Shown here piece by piece: positions 47,830-60,869 of a DNA stretch of 64,000 nucleotides. Below the pieces are notes generated by a model, which searched no databases, was not told where the DNA came from, and saw only the letters and a list, made by a program, of their open reading frames with translations. A program made the translations under genes and the position numbers. This DNA is from Carcharhinus amblyrhynchos (taxonomy: Eukaryota), in assembly GCA_965287045.1 (NCBI GenBank), contig OZ336870.1:150660001-150724000 (forward strand), given 5' to 3'. How positions within the stretch are numbered: position 1 is the stretch's first letter; every line of letters starts with the position of its first letter.

Positions 47830-49200
47830 AGCCTCTGGATGTAGCATCTAAATTTTGAAGATGTCTTCTTCATTCCTTCCTGGTATTATCTAAGTAGTAC
47901 GAATGACTTTTCAGTTTAAGAGATCTTTGTACTCTATCATTCCTGGGGCCTGTTGGTGCAAAGCATGTACCTCTGGATGAGCCCCAATGTGGTGCTGTCC
48001 CAAAGACCTAACAGTGGCCTCACATTCTGGTCAACTATATGAAACTTGAAGCTGCTCTGTGTGCAATGGAGAATGGCCATACCTTCAGTGTGGATGATTG
48101 GTCTGCCATAGGCCTCAAGACCCACCTAGATATTGGGGTTCAGTGCTGCTTATTGATCTATTTTCAGTTGCTGGGCAATAGGTTACACTTTGTTCCTCTC
48201 TCAGTCTTTACCTTCAGTTTTGCATTGCTGCAAATCATGTTCAAGGTGGTGAATATCTCATCTCTTCTGTGATGGTGTCTTTTTGGAGTTTCAGTGTTTT
48301 GGGTGCTCTACCTGAGTTCACATTCATTTACTGACACTGCTAACCTTGGAGAACTGACCGGCTGAAATTTGGCTGGTGGCAAAGGAAAACTACTGTGATT
48401 TTGACCTGCCGAGTTTTGCAAAATGATTCTATTTTACACATTTATTGCAGCGTTTATCCATTCACCAAACATACTGCGCTGTTCTGATGGCGATGGCCAC
48501 CACATTTGGGGCAGGCTATGCCCTGGACTGCAAAAACCTCAGTTTCTCACCTAGATTCCCAGTTTCTCTTTTTAGACTGTTCATTTAGGATGCAAATGCT
48601 AATGACTATTTGTAGTGTTAAATCTTTTTCTCACAGCAGCTGCATGCAGACTAAATCACTGTGGACCCAACAGACTACTCGATCCCTCACTAACTCATCA
48701 GCAAGGGTGCCAAACACACATTTCTCTGTTAAGATTTTCAAGGTTGCCATATATGATTGTATTGATTCATCAGATCTTTGATTTTTTTGAGTTAAACACA
48801 TGCCTGTTGAGTATTACATTCTTCACTGGCAGGCAAATGGTATCAAACTTTTTAAAGATTATTTCAGGATGCTTCTTCTCCTCCTCCATTTGAAAGACAA
48901 AGTTTCCAACAGCCTCAGGGACTGCTAGATTTAGTGAAGTGTATCTTGTACTTTATTTGATTTATCCAAAATCCAGCACTGCAATATATATGCCATGCCT
49001 TTTCAAACTTGGCCCAGTTGTCGGGAATATTTTCATTGAATATCATAAAGTCCTTGTGCCATTCTGCCGCTCCAGACACCATGATAAAGTGCTGGGTTCC
49101 AATGACTGGGAACCAGGGACCCATTATAAACAATAGTTTATTCACTAGTCTGAGCAGCTATCACTTGTTTGTTGCTCATGTTCCAGGAAGAGCTCCTGCA
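47830..49200 (-). mobile_element. Decayed Gypsy-type LTR retrotransposon gag-protease
   Basis: DNWAKFEKAWHIY, CNKC..NHFAK zinc-knuckle relic, LKVKTERGTKCNLLP (decayed DTGA) and FHIV..PLLG..LGLI. Confidence 0.75.
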
Positions 49201-49454
49201 CCTCCATCACCTGACCCTTAAATATTGCATCATTATGTCTACATAACGATTGAAAAACACTGAGTCTTCCAAAGAACTCTGTAGAGGTCTGTCAGGAATG
49301 CAAATAAGATTCAGAAATTGGGTTATGCCTTGAAATACTGGGATGCAGCTTGTTTCCATGTTGGTAATATGTCCAGCTTCCCTCTCTTTCAAATATTTGC
49401 ATCTGAAGATACATGGCTAAGAGAAGGTCTGGGAAAGGGAAGCTAACGGAAAAT

Positions 49455-49532
49455 AAATCGGTTGGACTTAAACCTGGTGTTGTCAGACTTCTTACTGTGT
49501 TTACCCCGGTCCAATGCCGGCATCTCCACATC
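49455..49532 (+). repeat. Fragment of the 174-bp hammerhead repeat family
   Basis: GTTGGACTTAAACCTGGTGTTGTCAGACTTCTTACTGTG...GGCATCTCCACATCA spans the unit junction. Confidence 0.85.
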
Positions 49533-50043
49533 AAGGGAAGGTCTCCCAGGCCTGATGTTCTTTTTTTCCTGCTCTAAGAATCTGCCAGTATGTGACATGC
49601 CCTGTGAAAGCAGGTTCATTGGTCTGCCAGCCAGTGCTTATGGAACCCACATGCAATGTAAATAAAGCCTTAAAATTTTTTATATATGTTCAAAAGCTGA
49701 TGGAGCACTATGGATACATGCCTGAGGATTACTGTTGAGTGGCACCTCATCTTGATGGCAGCCAGTGCCATATTTTGTTTCCCACCTACTAACAGGCACC
49801 TGAGTTGTGCCCCTAATTGTGTGATCCCTCAGCCCCTGATTTAATTAGAGTATCTTCTCTTGGCCCTGCATTGCTCACAGATTTTCAGGGCCATAAAATG
49901 TCTTTCATCCAGCATTCCTTTTGTCACACTTCAGATGTTGCACTTTGTTACAGATGTAAAACAATCTTAAAAAGAAAGAATGCCAAGGATTTCATCTGGC
50001 TTTTTCTGACCAAAAGCCTGAAATTTACAAGCAATTTACTGAC

Positions 50044-50936
50044 CTCTAATTCCTGTCAGGAATTTATAGTTGCAATTATATGGATTCTAACAGAGGGTAC
50101 AGGAATATTACCCTTAAAAGGACAGGTCAGATTAACCACTAAACACCACAACAATACTCCAGACCTCAAATTATCCATGACCAATTGCACCAGGAGATCT
50201 GTCGTATATTTATTTTATCGTGGAAGAAATGTTTTAACAGTTCTCAAAAGATTGTTTAACTATAATAACAGCCCTTGAGGAGCAGGAACACATTAAGCAT
50301 CTCCATGCAAGATTCCCAATTGGATTTTCAGGGCTGATGTTCGTAAAAACATTTATAAATTCATTACAGCATGAGTAAAGAGGAAAGTTTCAGGAGTTTT
50401 AGCAGACCCAAGCACAGCTTTCATATCTCTCAACATCTTGGCATTTATTTCTTAAAAATAGAAATACAAACAGATGTCACAGCTTTATCCAACTCATATC
50501 CATTTCAGTCATAACACAGAAAATTAAATCTTTATCTGAGAAATGCAAGCACATGATATGAAAATGCTCAATATTCTGAGGTGAGTGAAAAAGGCAATTG
50601 TATAACTGATTGTGCTCTGGATTTAACATTATGCCGAATGTTTGTGTTAACAAAATTGGATTCAGGTGCGTATCAGTCTTGAACTTAAACCCCATCAAAC
50701 AGCCTGTCAAACAAAAGTTCGTGATGAGTGACTTTTAAACAATGCAAACAGTCTTAACCAGTAAGGGGATTATTGGCCAGTGAATTTAAACCTGGCCTTA
50801 ATCTGCTGGGCACAAGTGCAAAATCTTTTGGTGGTTCCTGACTTGTTTCTTCCAATGTTCTCCCCACCTGTTCTGAATGGATCAACTGCTCTTGGTATTC
50901 CAGTAAACTCTGTGGGATTTTTGGGGGTTTAATCTT
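50044..50936 (-). pseudogene. Three pseudo-exons (50792-50936, ~50536-50703, 50044-50450) with AAA+-like motifs
   Basis: ..QEPPKDFALVPS..|..HLNPILLTQTFG..|EINAKMLRDMK...IPVPSVRIHIIATINS*QELE. Introns of 88 and 85 nt, both phase 1; the second donor appears decayed. Confidence 0.72.
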
Positions 50937-51099
50937 CTGATTGTTTACTTAAGTCATTTATATTTTCTGGGTTTTAATCCAAATTACAGCAGGAGATAAG
51001 AGGACTCCATAGATATAGTTAACCCTGGTGGTAGATCAAGGAACTCACGTGGATAAAAAATTACAAAGGTGATACCAGATATGTGTGGGTATACATATC

Positions 51100-52500
51100 A
51101 GGAAAGCTTTAACAGTCTATGCTCCTTTTCTCTTCATAGAAGAAGGCTGAAGATTGACCTATGATAGAAATGTTTAAAGTTATGGAAAGTTTTGATAGAG
51201 AGAATTCAGAAAAAAATGTTTCCTCTTGTAGGGAAGAGTTTAAGTAGGCCATATAGTCACCAAGAAACCCAATAGGGATATTCAGAAGAAACTTCACCCA
51301 ACAAGTGGTAAGAATGCTGAACTTACCACCACAGAGATCAATAATATTGATAAATTTGAGGGGAAGTTAGATAAACATACGAGGGAGAAGGGAATAGACT
51401 GTTACTATGACATATCTCATTGAGGAAAGATGGGAAGAAGCTTGAGTGGAGCACACACACAGCAGCAAAGACTGTTGGGGTGAATGGTCTGTTTCTGTTC
51501 TTACATCCTATGTAATATTATCACTCCTGGAGATGTTGGAGAATTCCCAGTTATATTCCAACCCTGGGCAGGAAGATGGAACTCACATAGATGTTGGGCG
51601 AGATTCTCCAATCTCGTTTGTCTCACCCCTGCTTCCAGCAAGAATGGAGAATTTGGCACGCAGCCAAAACTCCATTCACTGCAGAAGCACCAGAGAATCC
51701 CATTTGTTGATGAAGTGAGGGTTTTGGGCGATATTTACCTCAGGGTTCGTGTGAAACCTTGGTAAGTGAATCAAAGTAGGTTTTTTAATCAATGGGGCCA
51801 TCACAACAAAAACTGATGACCGCACTGGAATTGGGGGCAATAAAGCCCGTCCTTCTGGCAGAGCCCTGAGGGACATTGTTGCTAGACTGGGTCAGCAGCA
51901 AGTGGTGAGGGAACCTTCAAGAGAGAAAGCCATACTTAACCTCATCCTCATTGACCTCCCTACTGCAGATACTGCAGCATCAGTAGGAGAGACCACAAAG
52001 TTCCATCTTCACATTGAGGATACCCTCTATCATGTTATGTGCATTACCGTGGTAAGAAATGGGATAGATTTTGAACAGAACTAGCAACCAAGATTGGGCC
52101 CATGGGGCGCTGCAGGTCATCAGTAGCAGCAATGTTGTACTCAACCACAATCTGTAACCTCACAGCTCAGCATATCCCCAACTCTACCATTACCACAAAG
52201 CTGAGGGATCAACACTGGTTCAATGAAGAGTGCAGGAGAGCATGCCAGGAACAGCACCAGGCATACCTAAAAATTAGGTTCAACCTGGCAAAGCTACAAA
52301 CAGGAATACTCGTATGCCTAACAGCATAAGTAGCAAATAATAGAGCTAAGCGACTCTATAACTAATGGATCAGATCTAAGCTGTGCAGTCCAGCTATATC
52401 CAGTTGTGAGTTGTTGTGGACAACTAATGAGTGGACAATTGAGGTTGGACAATAAATGCTGCCCTTGGCAGTGACACCCACATTTAAGAATGAATTTAAA
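51100..52500 (+). mobile_element. Old CR1 tail (~51100-51520) and L2/CR1-group LINE fragments (~51780-52500)
   Basis: VREPSREKAILNLIL and WFNEECRRACQEQHQAYLK. Confidence 0.7.
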
Positions 52501-53969
52501 AAATCTCCACACAGATGAGAAATTGAAACTGAACCTCCTGGTCTGACCATTTTGGTGTTACAACAGGCAAAACTTTTGCTTAAATGAATACAGCTGAATA
52601 AATGCACAGAACGTAAACACTCAATGAAATATGTTGACCTTTCATTGGAATGTAACATGGCATTTTGAACCAGGTGGATCTCATTGAATACCCTTTATTT
52701 ATTGGTTTCTGTATCAATACAGAGGGATTAGCATTGTTTTTATACTGCATGTTTATTCAACATGATGAGTCTTTTAATTCATTCAATTTAAACAATTGAA
52801 CAATGCAGGAGTAAAATATGTTCATTCTGCTGAACCAATACTGGTGTTCATAATATAACAGTTTGTGACTGTTAAATCACCTGACATAATGTTCATCTCC
52901 TCAAGTAGTTAGTACATTGTTAATAAATAATATTTATATCAATATTTAAGCAATTTTTTTTGTTAAAATTCCACATGGTGTGAAAGCAGGAAGTGTTTTG
53001 TATTACTAGCTCTGGTCTATAGTGTAGTGCAGTTTATAGGAACGGTCTGTTCTTACAGAAGGTATCTTCAAATTTTCAGCAAGATTAAACACTTGACTTT
53101 AGATTCGACTCATATAGTTAAATTAATTTACCTATGAGCAAAAACCACTGGAAAGTAGTGACAATTTATTTCACTTTGTGCAGTAAAACTGTAGGTTATT
53201 TTAACTGCATATTGTGTATAACAATGCAATATTGTTAAATCTACAATTAAATTGTTTATGAGCTTCCCAGTTCACTTGTCCACTGTTGGGCGTCCACATT
53301 TGAATGCATTTAAATAACATAAATACTTATTAAAACCCAGCTCGCTGGAATTGCACTCCCCTCCTCCCCCCGCCCCACTTCAGATGAAATGGCTACTCCA
53401 GCTCTTGGTCAGTCACAATATAATGTGCCTCAGGATGGGGAAGGGTTTGATCTACGTGGGGCACTGAAACAGCAATATTGAACGGTTCAGGGGAGGACAG
53501 GGATATCAGTGACTATAATGATGGGATCAAGGATTGGATGTGGAGGAAGGAAAGTGATTTGAGGGAGGGAACCCTGTACATGATGCTGTTCCAGCATGAT
53601 GAGAGGGCCGTGATAGTCACAGTGGGGTGTTGGAAGCAGGCCTCATAATAAAACCTGATGCAATGACGCAGTTCAAAAACAAGGAAGGAAAAATATAGCT
53701 TAGGACGGTACTCAGGGTTTGTGGAAGGAGTCTACTATTGCAGTTCTGGGCTAATTGAAGTGGTACCTCACTATTTTCTGCTTTACCAAATGGAGAAGAA
53801 GATACTTCAGAAATGTTCAGAACAATCAAATGTCAATTGAGCAATAATTGCACCTTAATTCATGCTGCGCATTCTTGCAAGAGCCCGTTCCTGATTGGAA
53901 CCATTTTTGGATTGACTTGCAAATACCTTTTGTATCTCTTAGGAAACGGCGAGGGTAAGAAGCAATCAA
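52500..53969 (-). pseudogene. Pseudo-exons ~53767-53969, ~53057-53131 and ~52500-52880 with midasin-like AAA+ motifs
   Basis: LLLN*HLIVLNISEVS..FG; VFNLAENLKIP; IMNTSIGSAE*TYFTPALFN. Order matches L.RINLSE..DLFG / L.LAE / MN....R..LSPAL.NRF. Confidence 0.65.
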
Positions 53970-54439
53970 CTGTAAAGGGACAGCGACCAAATTGCATATG
54001 CCTAATAGCCCAAATACCTGTAAACTTTGCAGCTGCAGGTTCAACCTTGGTACTTGCCCCAACACCACCCAAACCCTCCCCACCCACCCCCAGAATACTG
54101 TTATAATATTAGTGTAAATTGAGGCACCTGTGTAATCCAAAAGATTCAGTCTGACAGTGTCCTGACTGAGGCTGCTACAGACTGACAGCATTCATTCAGA
54201 ATTGAGAGTTGAGATTGTGAAATCCCTGTCATGGCTGTGGCATTTTTGGGGGATTGAAGGGGGAAGGGTGGGGATGGTGGTTGGCTTACTGATGTTCCTT
54301 AAGGCAAATAGAAGAGCAGGCCAGGACCCTCCAGGCCTTGGCCCTCCAGGGGACATGCACCAAGGTCATCACTGACAACTGGGCGCAGCAGTCAGCAAGC
54401 TGTCTCCATCTCTGCTGCGGATGTCAGGGTCAATAGAGT

Positions 54440-54766
54440 GGATAGGATGAAACTTTGTCCCCCCATAGAGGAGTCAATAACCAAGGGTCATAGATTTAAG
54501 GCAAGGAGCAGGAGTTTTAGAAAGGATTTGAGAAAGATCTTTTTTACCCATAGTGTGGTGGGAATCTGGAACTAACTGTTTGAAAAGGTGATAGATCCGG
54601 GAACCCTCATAACATTTAAGAGGCAGTCAGATGTGCACTTGAAATGCCATAGCATACAAGGCTACGGAGCAAGTGCTGGAAAATGGGATTAGGATAGACT
54701 GTGTTTAATGGCAGGCACAGACACGAGGGGTGAAAGGGGCCCCTTTTCTGTGCTGTAAAACTCTAT
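54440..54766 (+). mobile_element. CR1 3' end
   Basis: SITKGHRFK..FFTHSVVGIWN and a tail split by the following transposon. Confidence 0.75.
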
Positions 54767-55854
54767 GGCCAGAACGTTACCACCACTCATGCTGACAGGA
54801 TTTTCCCATCCTGCTGTAGTGAGCAGAGATTTGGCCAGGTGCCAAATACTCCGATCCCACTGCAGCGGGAGCGTGGCATGAATGGCTGGTAAAATCGCAC
54901 TCTATGGATGGAATTTGACCAGCTTGCCCCACCCATTGATGGGTGGAGCGAGTCGGTAAAAAAACACATGAGAGCCGAGAAATCAGGATCATGCCCAATT
55001 TCTCGGCCCTCGCAAATTTATGACAGCGGATTTCCGGCGATGTCAGTGAAAGGTTGAATAATATATTTAAATATATTTAAATATGAATTTGAATGTGTTT
55101 AGTCTGGGCTTACATGCCTTTATGGCCTTGCAGGAAGGAAAACACCTACTACCTATGAACCAGGAACAGTCCTGTTGGCCTCGCCGAAGGCCATTGAGGC
55201 CTTCTGGGGAGGCGGAGAGCAAGGCGGGTGTCCCTTGGCCAATGCCAGCCTGGCAGTGCCACCCTGGCACCTAGGCACTGCCCACAGGCCGGTGCTGGGG
55301 CAGCACCTATAGGGCAGGGCCTTTGGAGGAGGGGGGACCTGTTGAGCACTCTGCAATAGGATCAGAATGGGGGGAGGGGGCCCAGTGCGCACTTTGAAAT
55401 GAATCAGATCAGAGGGGGCCTGCTGCTGCCCTGCAGTTGATATCAGATCGGGGAAGGGGCAGCCCAATCACTGGCTGCTGAGGGCATGGGGTGAGCAGGC
55501 AGTGGGGGCTAGATGCCCATTTTTTGTGGGGGTCATGATTGGCCGCGGGCTCTCACAAATGTGGTGCAGTAGCGGGGACGTGATAGCTCACTCACTCTGT
55601 CTGTCAGACCACTGCAGTTGCTATTAAGCATGTGCTGAATCAGAGGTCTGCACGTGCATAGTAGCTCCCTCGACAGATTAGCTGGTGAATTAAGCCCAGC
55701 CCACAGCCTGCAGCAGCTAGAAATGGTCTAGACCATTTTTTCATTGACGAAGTGCATAAGATTGAGTGTGAAATCTCACCCAAAAAAAGGTTCTGAAATT
55801 CTCCCATTTTCATGTTAGCTAGACATTTTAAATCATTCTTGTAAAATTCTGGCC
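54767..55854. mobile_element. Non-autonomous Harbinger-type DNA transposon with TIRs and 3-bp TSD
   Basis: TIR GGCCAGAACGTTAC / GTAAAATTCTGGCC (12/14 match), flanked by TAT on both sides. No coding capacity. Confidence 0.85.
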
Positions 55855-56509
55855 TATGATTCTAATTATGACTTCTATCTGAAGATATGCCCTGTGATTA
55901 GTCAGGTGTAATGATGCTACCCCTCTTACAGATGTCCTATTGTGTGCTTCAGTCTACAGTATTTTGCACCATCTCATAACAGTACTTGATTTGTATCTGC
56001 ACAGTTGTGACATGATTGAAACCACTTTCTCTAAGAATTTGGTAGAAATTGGCGTGGAGCTAATTGTCATAGTGAAACCAGTATTTCACTATGTCTAGTG
56101 GGTCTGGACTTTATTCTCCAAGCCTACTAGTGTCTCCTCACCCTGCTGGGAGTGGTTCCCTCCAGCAGTGTTTACAACTGCTCCCCCCTAGCAATGAACA
56201 GGTACCTGACCTCGCTGGATGGAAGAAAGGCCATTGAGGCCACTTAGAAGGCTGGGAGTAAGGGGATGTGCCCCTTGGACAGTGCCAGCCTGGCATTGCC
56301 AGCCTAGCACTCTGGCACTGCCCAAGGGGCAAAATGGCACTGCCCACCAGGCACCTTGGCACTGCACACTGGGCAGTTTTAAAAGGGCGAGGCCTACTGG
56401 GGCAATTGGTAGGGGGACCCACTGCTACTCTGCAAGAGGATCTATGATGGAGTGATGGTGTCAGGGCTATCGGGGCAGCCTATCAGGGCTGGCCATCGGG
56501 GTGGAGATG

Positions 56510-59500
56510 TGAGGAATTTAGATGTGGTGGCAGTGACGGAGACTTGGTTAAAGGAAGGGCAGGACTGGCAGCTGAATATTCTTGGGTATAAGTGTTTTAG
56601 GTGTGACAGAGGAGGGTTGAAGAGAGGTGGTGGGGTGGCGTTGTTAGTTAAGGAGCACATCACAGCAGTGCAGAGGGAGGACAATATGGAGGAGTTGGGG
56701 ATTGAGTTGCTGTGGGTGGAATTGAGGAATAGAAAGGAAGAAATTGCGATGCTAGGGGTATACTGTAGGCCACCCAACAGCCCAAGGGCAGTGGAGGAAG
56801 GTATTTGTAGAGACATTTTAGATAGGTGCAGAAAGAATAGGGTGGTTGTAGTGGGTGACTTTAATCTTCCTGGAGTGGATTGGAAGGTGCCTAGAGCTGG
56901 GGGTACTGATGGGGAGGAATTTGTAAAATGTGTATTGGAAGGGTCCTTGGAGCAGTACGTAACTAGCCCGACTAGGGAGGGGGCTATCCTGGATTTAGTG
57001 TTGGGTAATGAGCCGGGGCAGGTAGTTGAGGTTGCAGTAGGCGAACATGTGGCTAACAGTGACCACAAGTCTGTCTACTTTAGGATAAAAATGGAAAGGG
57101 ATGAGTGCCGTCTGAAGGGGAGGGTGCTGAACTGGGGGAAGGCGAGCTATAGCTGGATTAGGAAGGAGCTGAATGATGCTGATTGGGAGGGGTTGTTAGC
57201 GGGCAAGTCCACAGTTGGCAAGTGGGAGGCTTTCAAGGGCAGACTGATAATGTGGCAGGAAAGGCATGTGCGGGTAAAGAGGAAGGATGGGAAAGGCAGG
57301 ATTAGAGAGCCGTGGATCACAGGGGATATTGAGGACTTGGTCAGGAAGAAGAGGGCGGCATATATTAGGTCGAAACAACTAGGAACGGAGAGAGCGCTGG
57401 AGGAATATAGAGAGAGTAGGAGGGAGCTTAAAAGGGGAGTTAGAAGGGCAAAAAGGGGGCATGAAATGGCTTTGGCTGTTAGGATTAAGGATAATCCAAA
57501 GGCATTTTACTCTTATATTAGGAACAAGAGAGTGGTTAGAGGGAAAATTGGTCCTCTTAGGGACAAAGGAGGAGAGCTATGCATCGAGTCTGAGGGAATG
57601 GGGGAGATCCTGAATGAATACTTTGCGTCGGTATTCATGAAGGAGAGGGGTTTGGTGTCTTGTAATGTCTTGGACGGAGCTGTAGATCATTTGAGGGAAA
57701 TATCCATTACGAGGGAGGAAGTGTTAGGGTTTTTAGGTACCATAAAAACGGATAAAGCTCCGGGGCCTGATGGTATTTATCCCCGGCTGCTTAGGGAGGT
57801 GAAAGATGAAATTGCTGGGCCTCTGACGCAAATCTTTGTCTCTTCTTTGGACACAAGTGAGGTCCCAGAGGACTGGAGGGTATCTAATGTGGTACCGCTG
57901 TTTAAAAAGGGCAGTAGGGATAACCCTGGTAATTACAGACCAGTGAGTTTGACATCAGTGGTAGGAAAACTGTTGGAAAAAATTCTTAGAGATAGGATGT
58001 ATAAGCATTCGGAGCATTGCGATCTGATTAGGGATACACAACATGGCTTTGTTCAGGGAAGGTCTTGCCTTACGAATCTGGTAGAACTTTTTGAGGAGGT
58101 GACAAAAATGATGGGCGAGCCGTTGATGTCATCTACATGGATTTCAGTAAGGCGTTTGACAAAGTCCGTCATGGTAGGCTGGTAGAAAAAGTTAAGGCAC
58201 ATGGGATACAAGGACAGGTAGCTAGATGGATTGAAAACTGGCTAGGCAGTAGGAGGCAGAGAGTAGTAGTGGAAGGGTCCTTTTCTGGCTGGAGGTCTGT
58301 CACCAGTGGTATGCTGCAGAGCTCAGTACTGGGACATCTTTTTGTAATATATATAAACGACTTAAAAGAGGGCGTACGTGGTGTGATCAGCAAGTTTGCG
58401 GATGACACCAAGATGGCAGGATTGGCGGATACTGAGGAAGATTGTCAGGTGATATGGCAGGATATAGATAGGTTGGTATACTGGGCAGATAGATAGCAGA
58501 TGGAATTTAATCCTGACAAATGCGACGTGATGCATTTTGGAAGGAATAATGCAGGGAGGAGTTACATGATAAAAGGTAGACCAATTAAGAGTATAGAAAT
58601 GCAGAGGGACCTGGGAGTGCAAGTGCACAAGTCTCTGAAGGTGTCATCACAAGTGGAGAAGGTTGCAAAGAAAGCTTATGGAATTCTAGCCTTTATAGGA
58701 AGGGGTATAGAGTATAAGAGCTGTCGTCTAATGCTTCATTTGTACAGAACGTTGGTTAGACCGCATTTGGAGTACTGCGTCCAGTTCTGGTCACCTTACT
58801 ACCGGAAGGACGTGGAGACCCTGGAGAGAGTGCAGAGGAGGTTTACCAGGATGCTGCCTGGTATGGAAGGACTGGGTTATGAGGAAAGATTGGGAAAACT
58901 GGGGCTCTTCTGCTTAGAAAGACGGAGATTAAGGGGGGATCTGATAGAGGTGTATGAAATAATGAAGGGTATAGATAGAATCAACAGTGGCAGGCTTTTC
59001 CCTAGATTGGGGACAACTATCACAGGAGGTCACAATCTAAGATTGAGGGGGGAGAAGTATAATTTGGAATTTAGAGGAAGGTTTTTCACACAGAGGGTCG
59101 TGGGGGTATGGAATGCGCTACCAAGTAAGGAGGTGGAGGCAGGCACGCTGGACTTGTTTAAGGTTTACTTACATAGGCACGAGTGAAACAGGGATGGAGG
59201 GTTATATAAGACGGTTTTAAAAAGGGTCAGAGCCTCGGGTCGATACTGGAAATGTAATAGTACATGTTAATGTTTTTGTCTCTTTTAATCCACAGGTGTC
59301 AGTCCGCCTTGTTGTCAAATGAGGGGCATGCACACGGTGGGTCGTGCGTAGGCTGCTCTTGGATGTTTCGAGAGTAGCCTAGTACTTCGTGTCGACGTGT
59401 GTGCTTAAATCTGGACCAGCAGATGGGCACCACAACAGCTCAGTGACTATCACTGCTGGCTGTGCAGATACATGGATTTGGGCCAGTGTCTGTGGGAGTT

Positions 59501-59757
59501 TGCGCATTCTCCCTGTGGTTGCGTGGGTTTCCTCCGGGTGCTCCGGTTTCCTCCCACACCCCAAAGATGTGCTCTTAGGCTGATTGGTGTACCAAATTGA
59601 CCCTACACTATTCTCCCCTGAATCTGGCTACAGTAGGGGTACCATTTGCATTCACATGGGACAAGGTAGGTGGAGGAAAATGCTTCAAAGTGGCAGCGCG
59701 GGCTCATTGGGCCGAAGGGCCTGTTTCCCGTGCCGGGTTGTTCTTTGTTCTTTGTTT
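56510..59757 (+). mobile_element. CR1 LINE family C: nearly complete ORF2 (APE endonuclease + RT) and long 3' UTR
   Basis: DVVAVTETWL, VVGDFNLP, LDLVL and SDH endonuclease motifs, then RT motifs. Frameshift ~58105, TAG at 58494-58496, stop 59186. (TTCTTTG)n tail ~59738-59757. Confidence 0.95.
59425..59757 (+). mobile_element. Diverged V-SINE-like module forming the 3' end of the LINE
   Basis: Degenerate tRNA-like head (GCTCAGTGACTATCACTGCTG), well-preserved V-core TGTCTGTGGGAGTTTGCGCATTCTCCC...CCAAAGATGTGC, then the CR1-type tail. Confidence 0.75.
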
Positions 59758-60374
59758 CAAAGTCGGGGTTGTCAGGGCATTGGGGCTGGCCAATGTGGGG
59801 GGAACAGTGGACGCTGTCGGGGAGGGGTCGGGGCTGGTCACTGGGAGGGGTCAGGGGTGGGGTTGGCTGGGGAAGGTGGTGGGGACATTGGGGCTGGCCT
59901 GCGGAGTTCCAGGAGGGCAGCGATCGGTTGGGGGCGGGGGGTGCGGGTGATGGAGGGCAGCAATCAAGGAGATTATGGGGCTTGCAATCAGGTAGCCCAG
60001 CAGTCAGGAGGCCGGTAAGGAAGAAGGTGGGTGAACTGCTTATGTGTCAATCTTCTGACTGACAGAGCGGCACATGTGCAGTGACTCACTCAGTGCTACG
60101 CTGCCAGCCTCTTGGGCAGGAATAGGCCCCACCCTCTACTTTCCAGAGTGAATCCTGCTGAAGCATTCTACTCAGAGTGTTGGAGATTCGCCCTGATAAG
60201 GACACTAAAGAAACCAGCGAGTATTACTACCATTTTCCCGTAAGTTGGTCGTTTAGATTTTTATGGGGAGAATCCTAACTGAGATCTGCACTGTATTTTT
60301 TTGTTATAGCAGAAGAATTTTGGGAAAATTTCACCTGAAGTTTATGGTTACCAAATCCAAAAAAAAGACATGAT

Positions 60375-60376
<2 letters not shown>

Positions 60377-60462
<86 letters not shown>
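60377..60462. repeat. (CA)n microsatellite, ~43 units
   Basis: Direct inspection. Confidence 0.99.
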
Positions 60463-60464
<2 letters not shown>

Positions 60465-60479
60465 AGAGGTAAGCGAGTT

Positions 60480-60840
60480 AAATTCCAAATAAAAGTTAGA
60501 AGAATATATGATTAATTTCTTCTTCTTGTCCATGAGGCATAGTTTATTGACTGTTTGAACTGCTTGAGGTGAACACTTTTCCTTTTAAATCCTGAGGTGG
60601 AATTGTCCCTCTTTTACACAGAGTGCTGACTGAGGCGAGAAAACAGCTTACCAGCTACACAGCCGGTTTCCCTTGCCACATTATTCAGCATGCTGTGCAA
60701 AACAAATCTGCAGCCGTGGCCCACAGTGTTAGGGTGGCGGAACTGGCAAAAAGAAACAGGTCCTCTTTGATCATTTCAATATGTCTTTGGTTAACTGGTG
60801 AAGTTATTGATAGATCTCATGCTGTTATCATTTTGGTGGG
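60480..60840 (-). pseudogene. Pseudo-exon with a possible decayed Walker A
   Basis: SPVNQRHIEMIKEDLFLF...IMWQG, then frameshifted ETGC..GK, resembling GETGCGKT. Confidence 0.45.
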
Positions 60841-60869
60841 TCACAGCTGCTTCGTAGGTTCTCCCAGCT

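Noticed and set aside
48118-48160. Plus-strand LDIGVQC as an inverted aspartic protease motif
   Set aside because: The decayed protease site (KVKTERGTKCNLLP) is already present in order on the minus strand, so the match looks coincidental.
49817-50278. 153-aa plus-strand ORF as a novel gene
   Set aside because: It lies antisense to a spliced pseudo-exon with AAA-like motifs and has no recognisable motif. Likely a shadow ORF, as are 31816..32181, 41912..42298 and 60623..60967.
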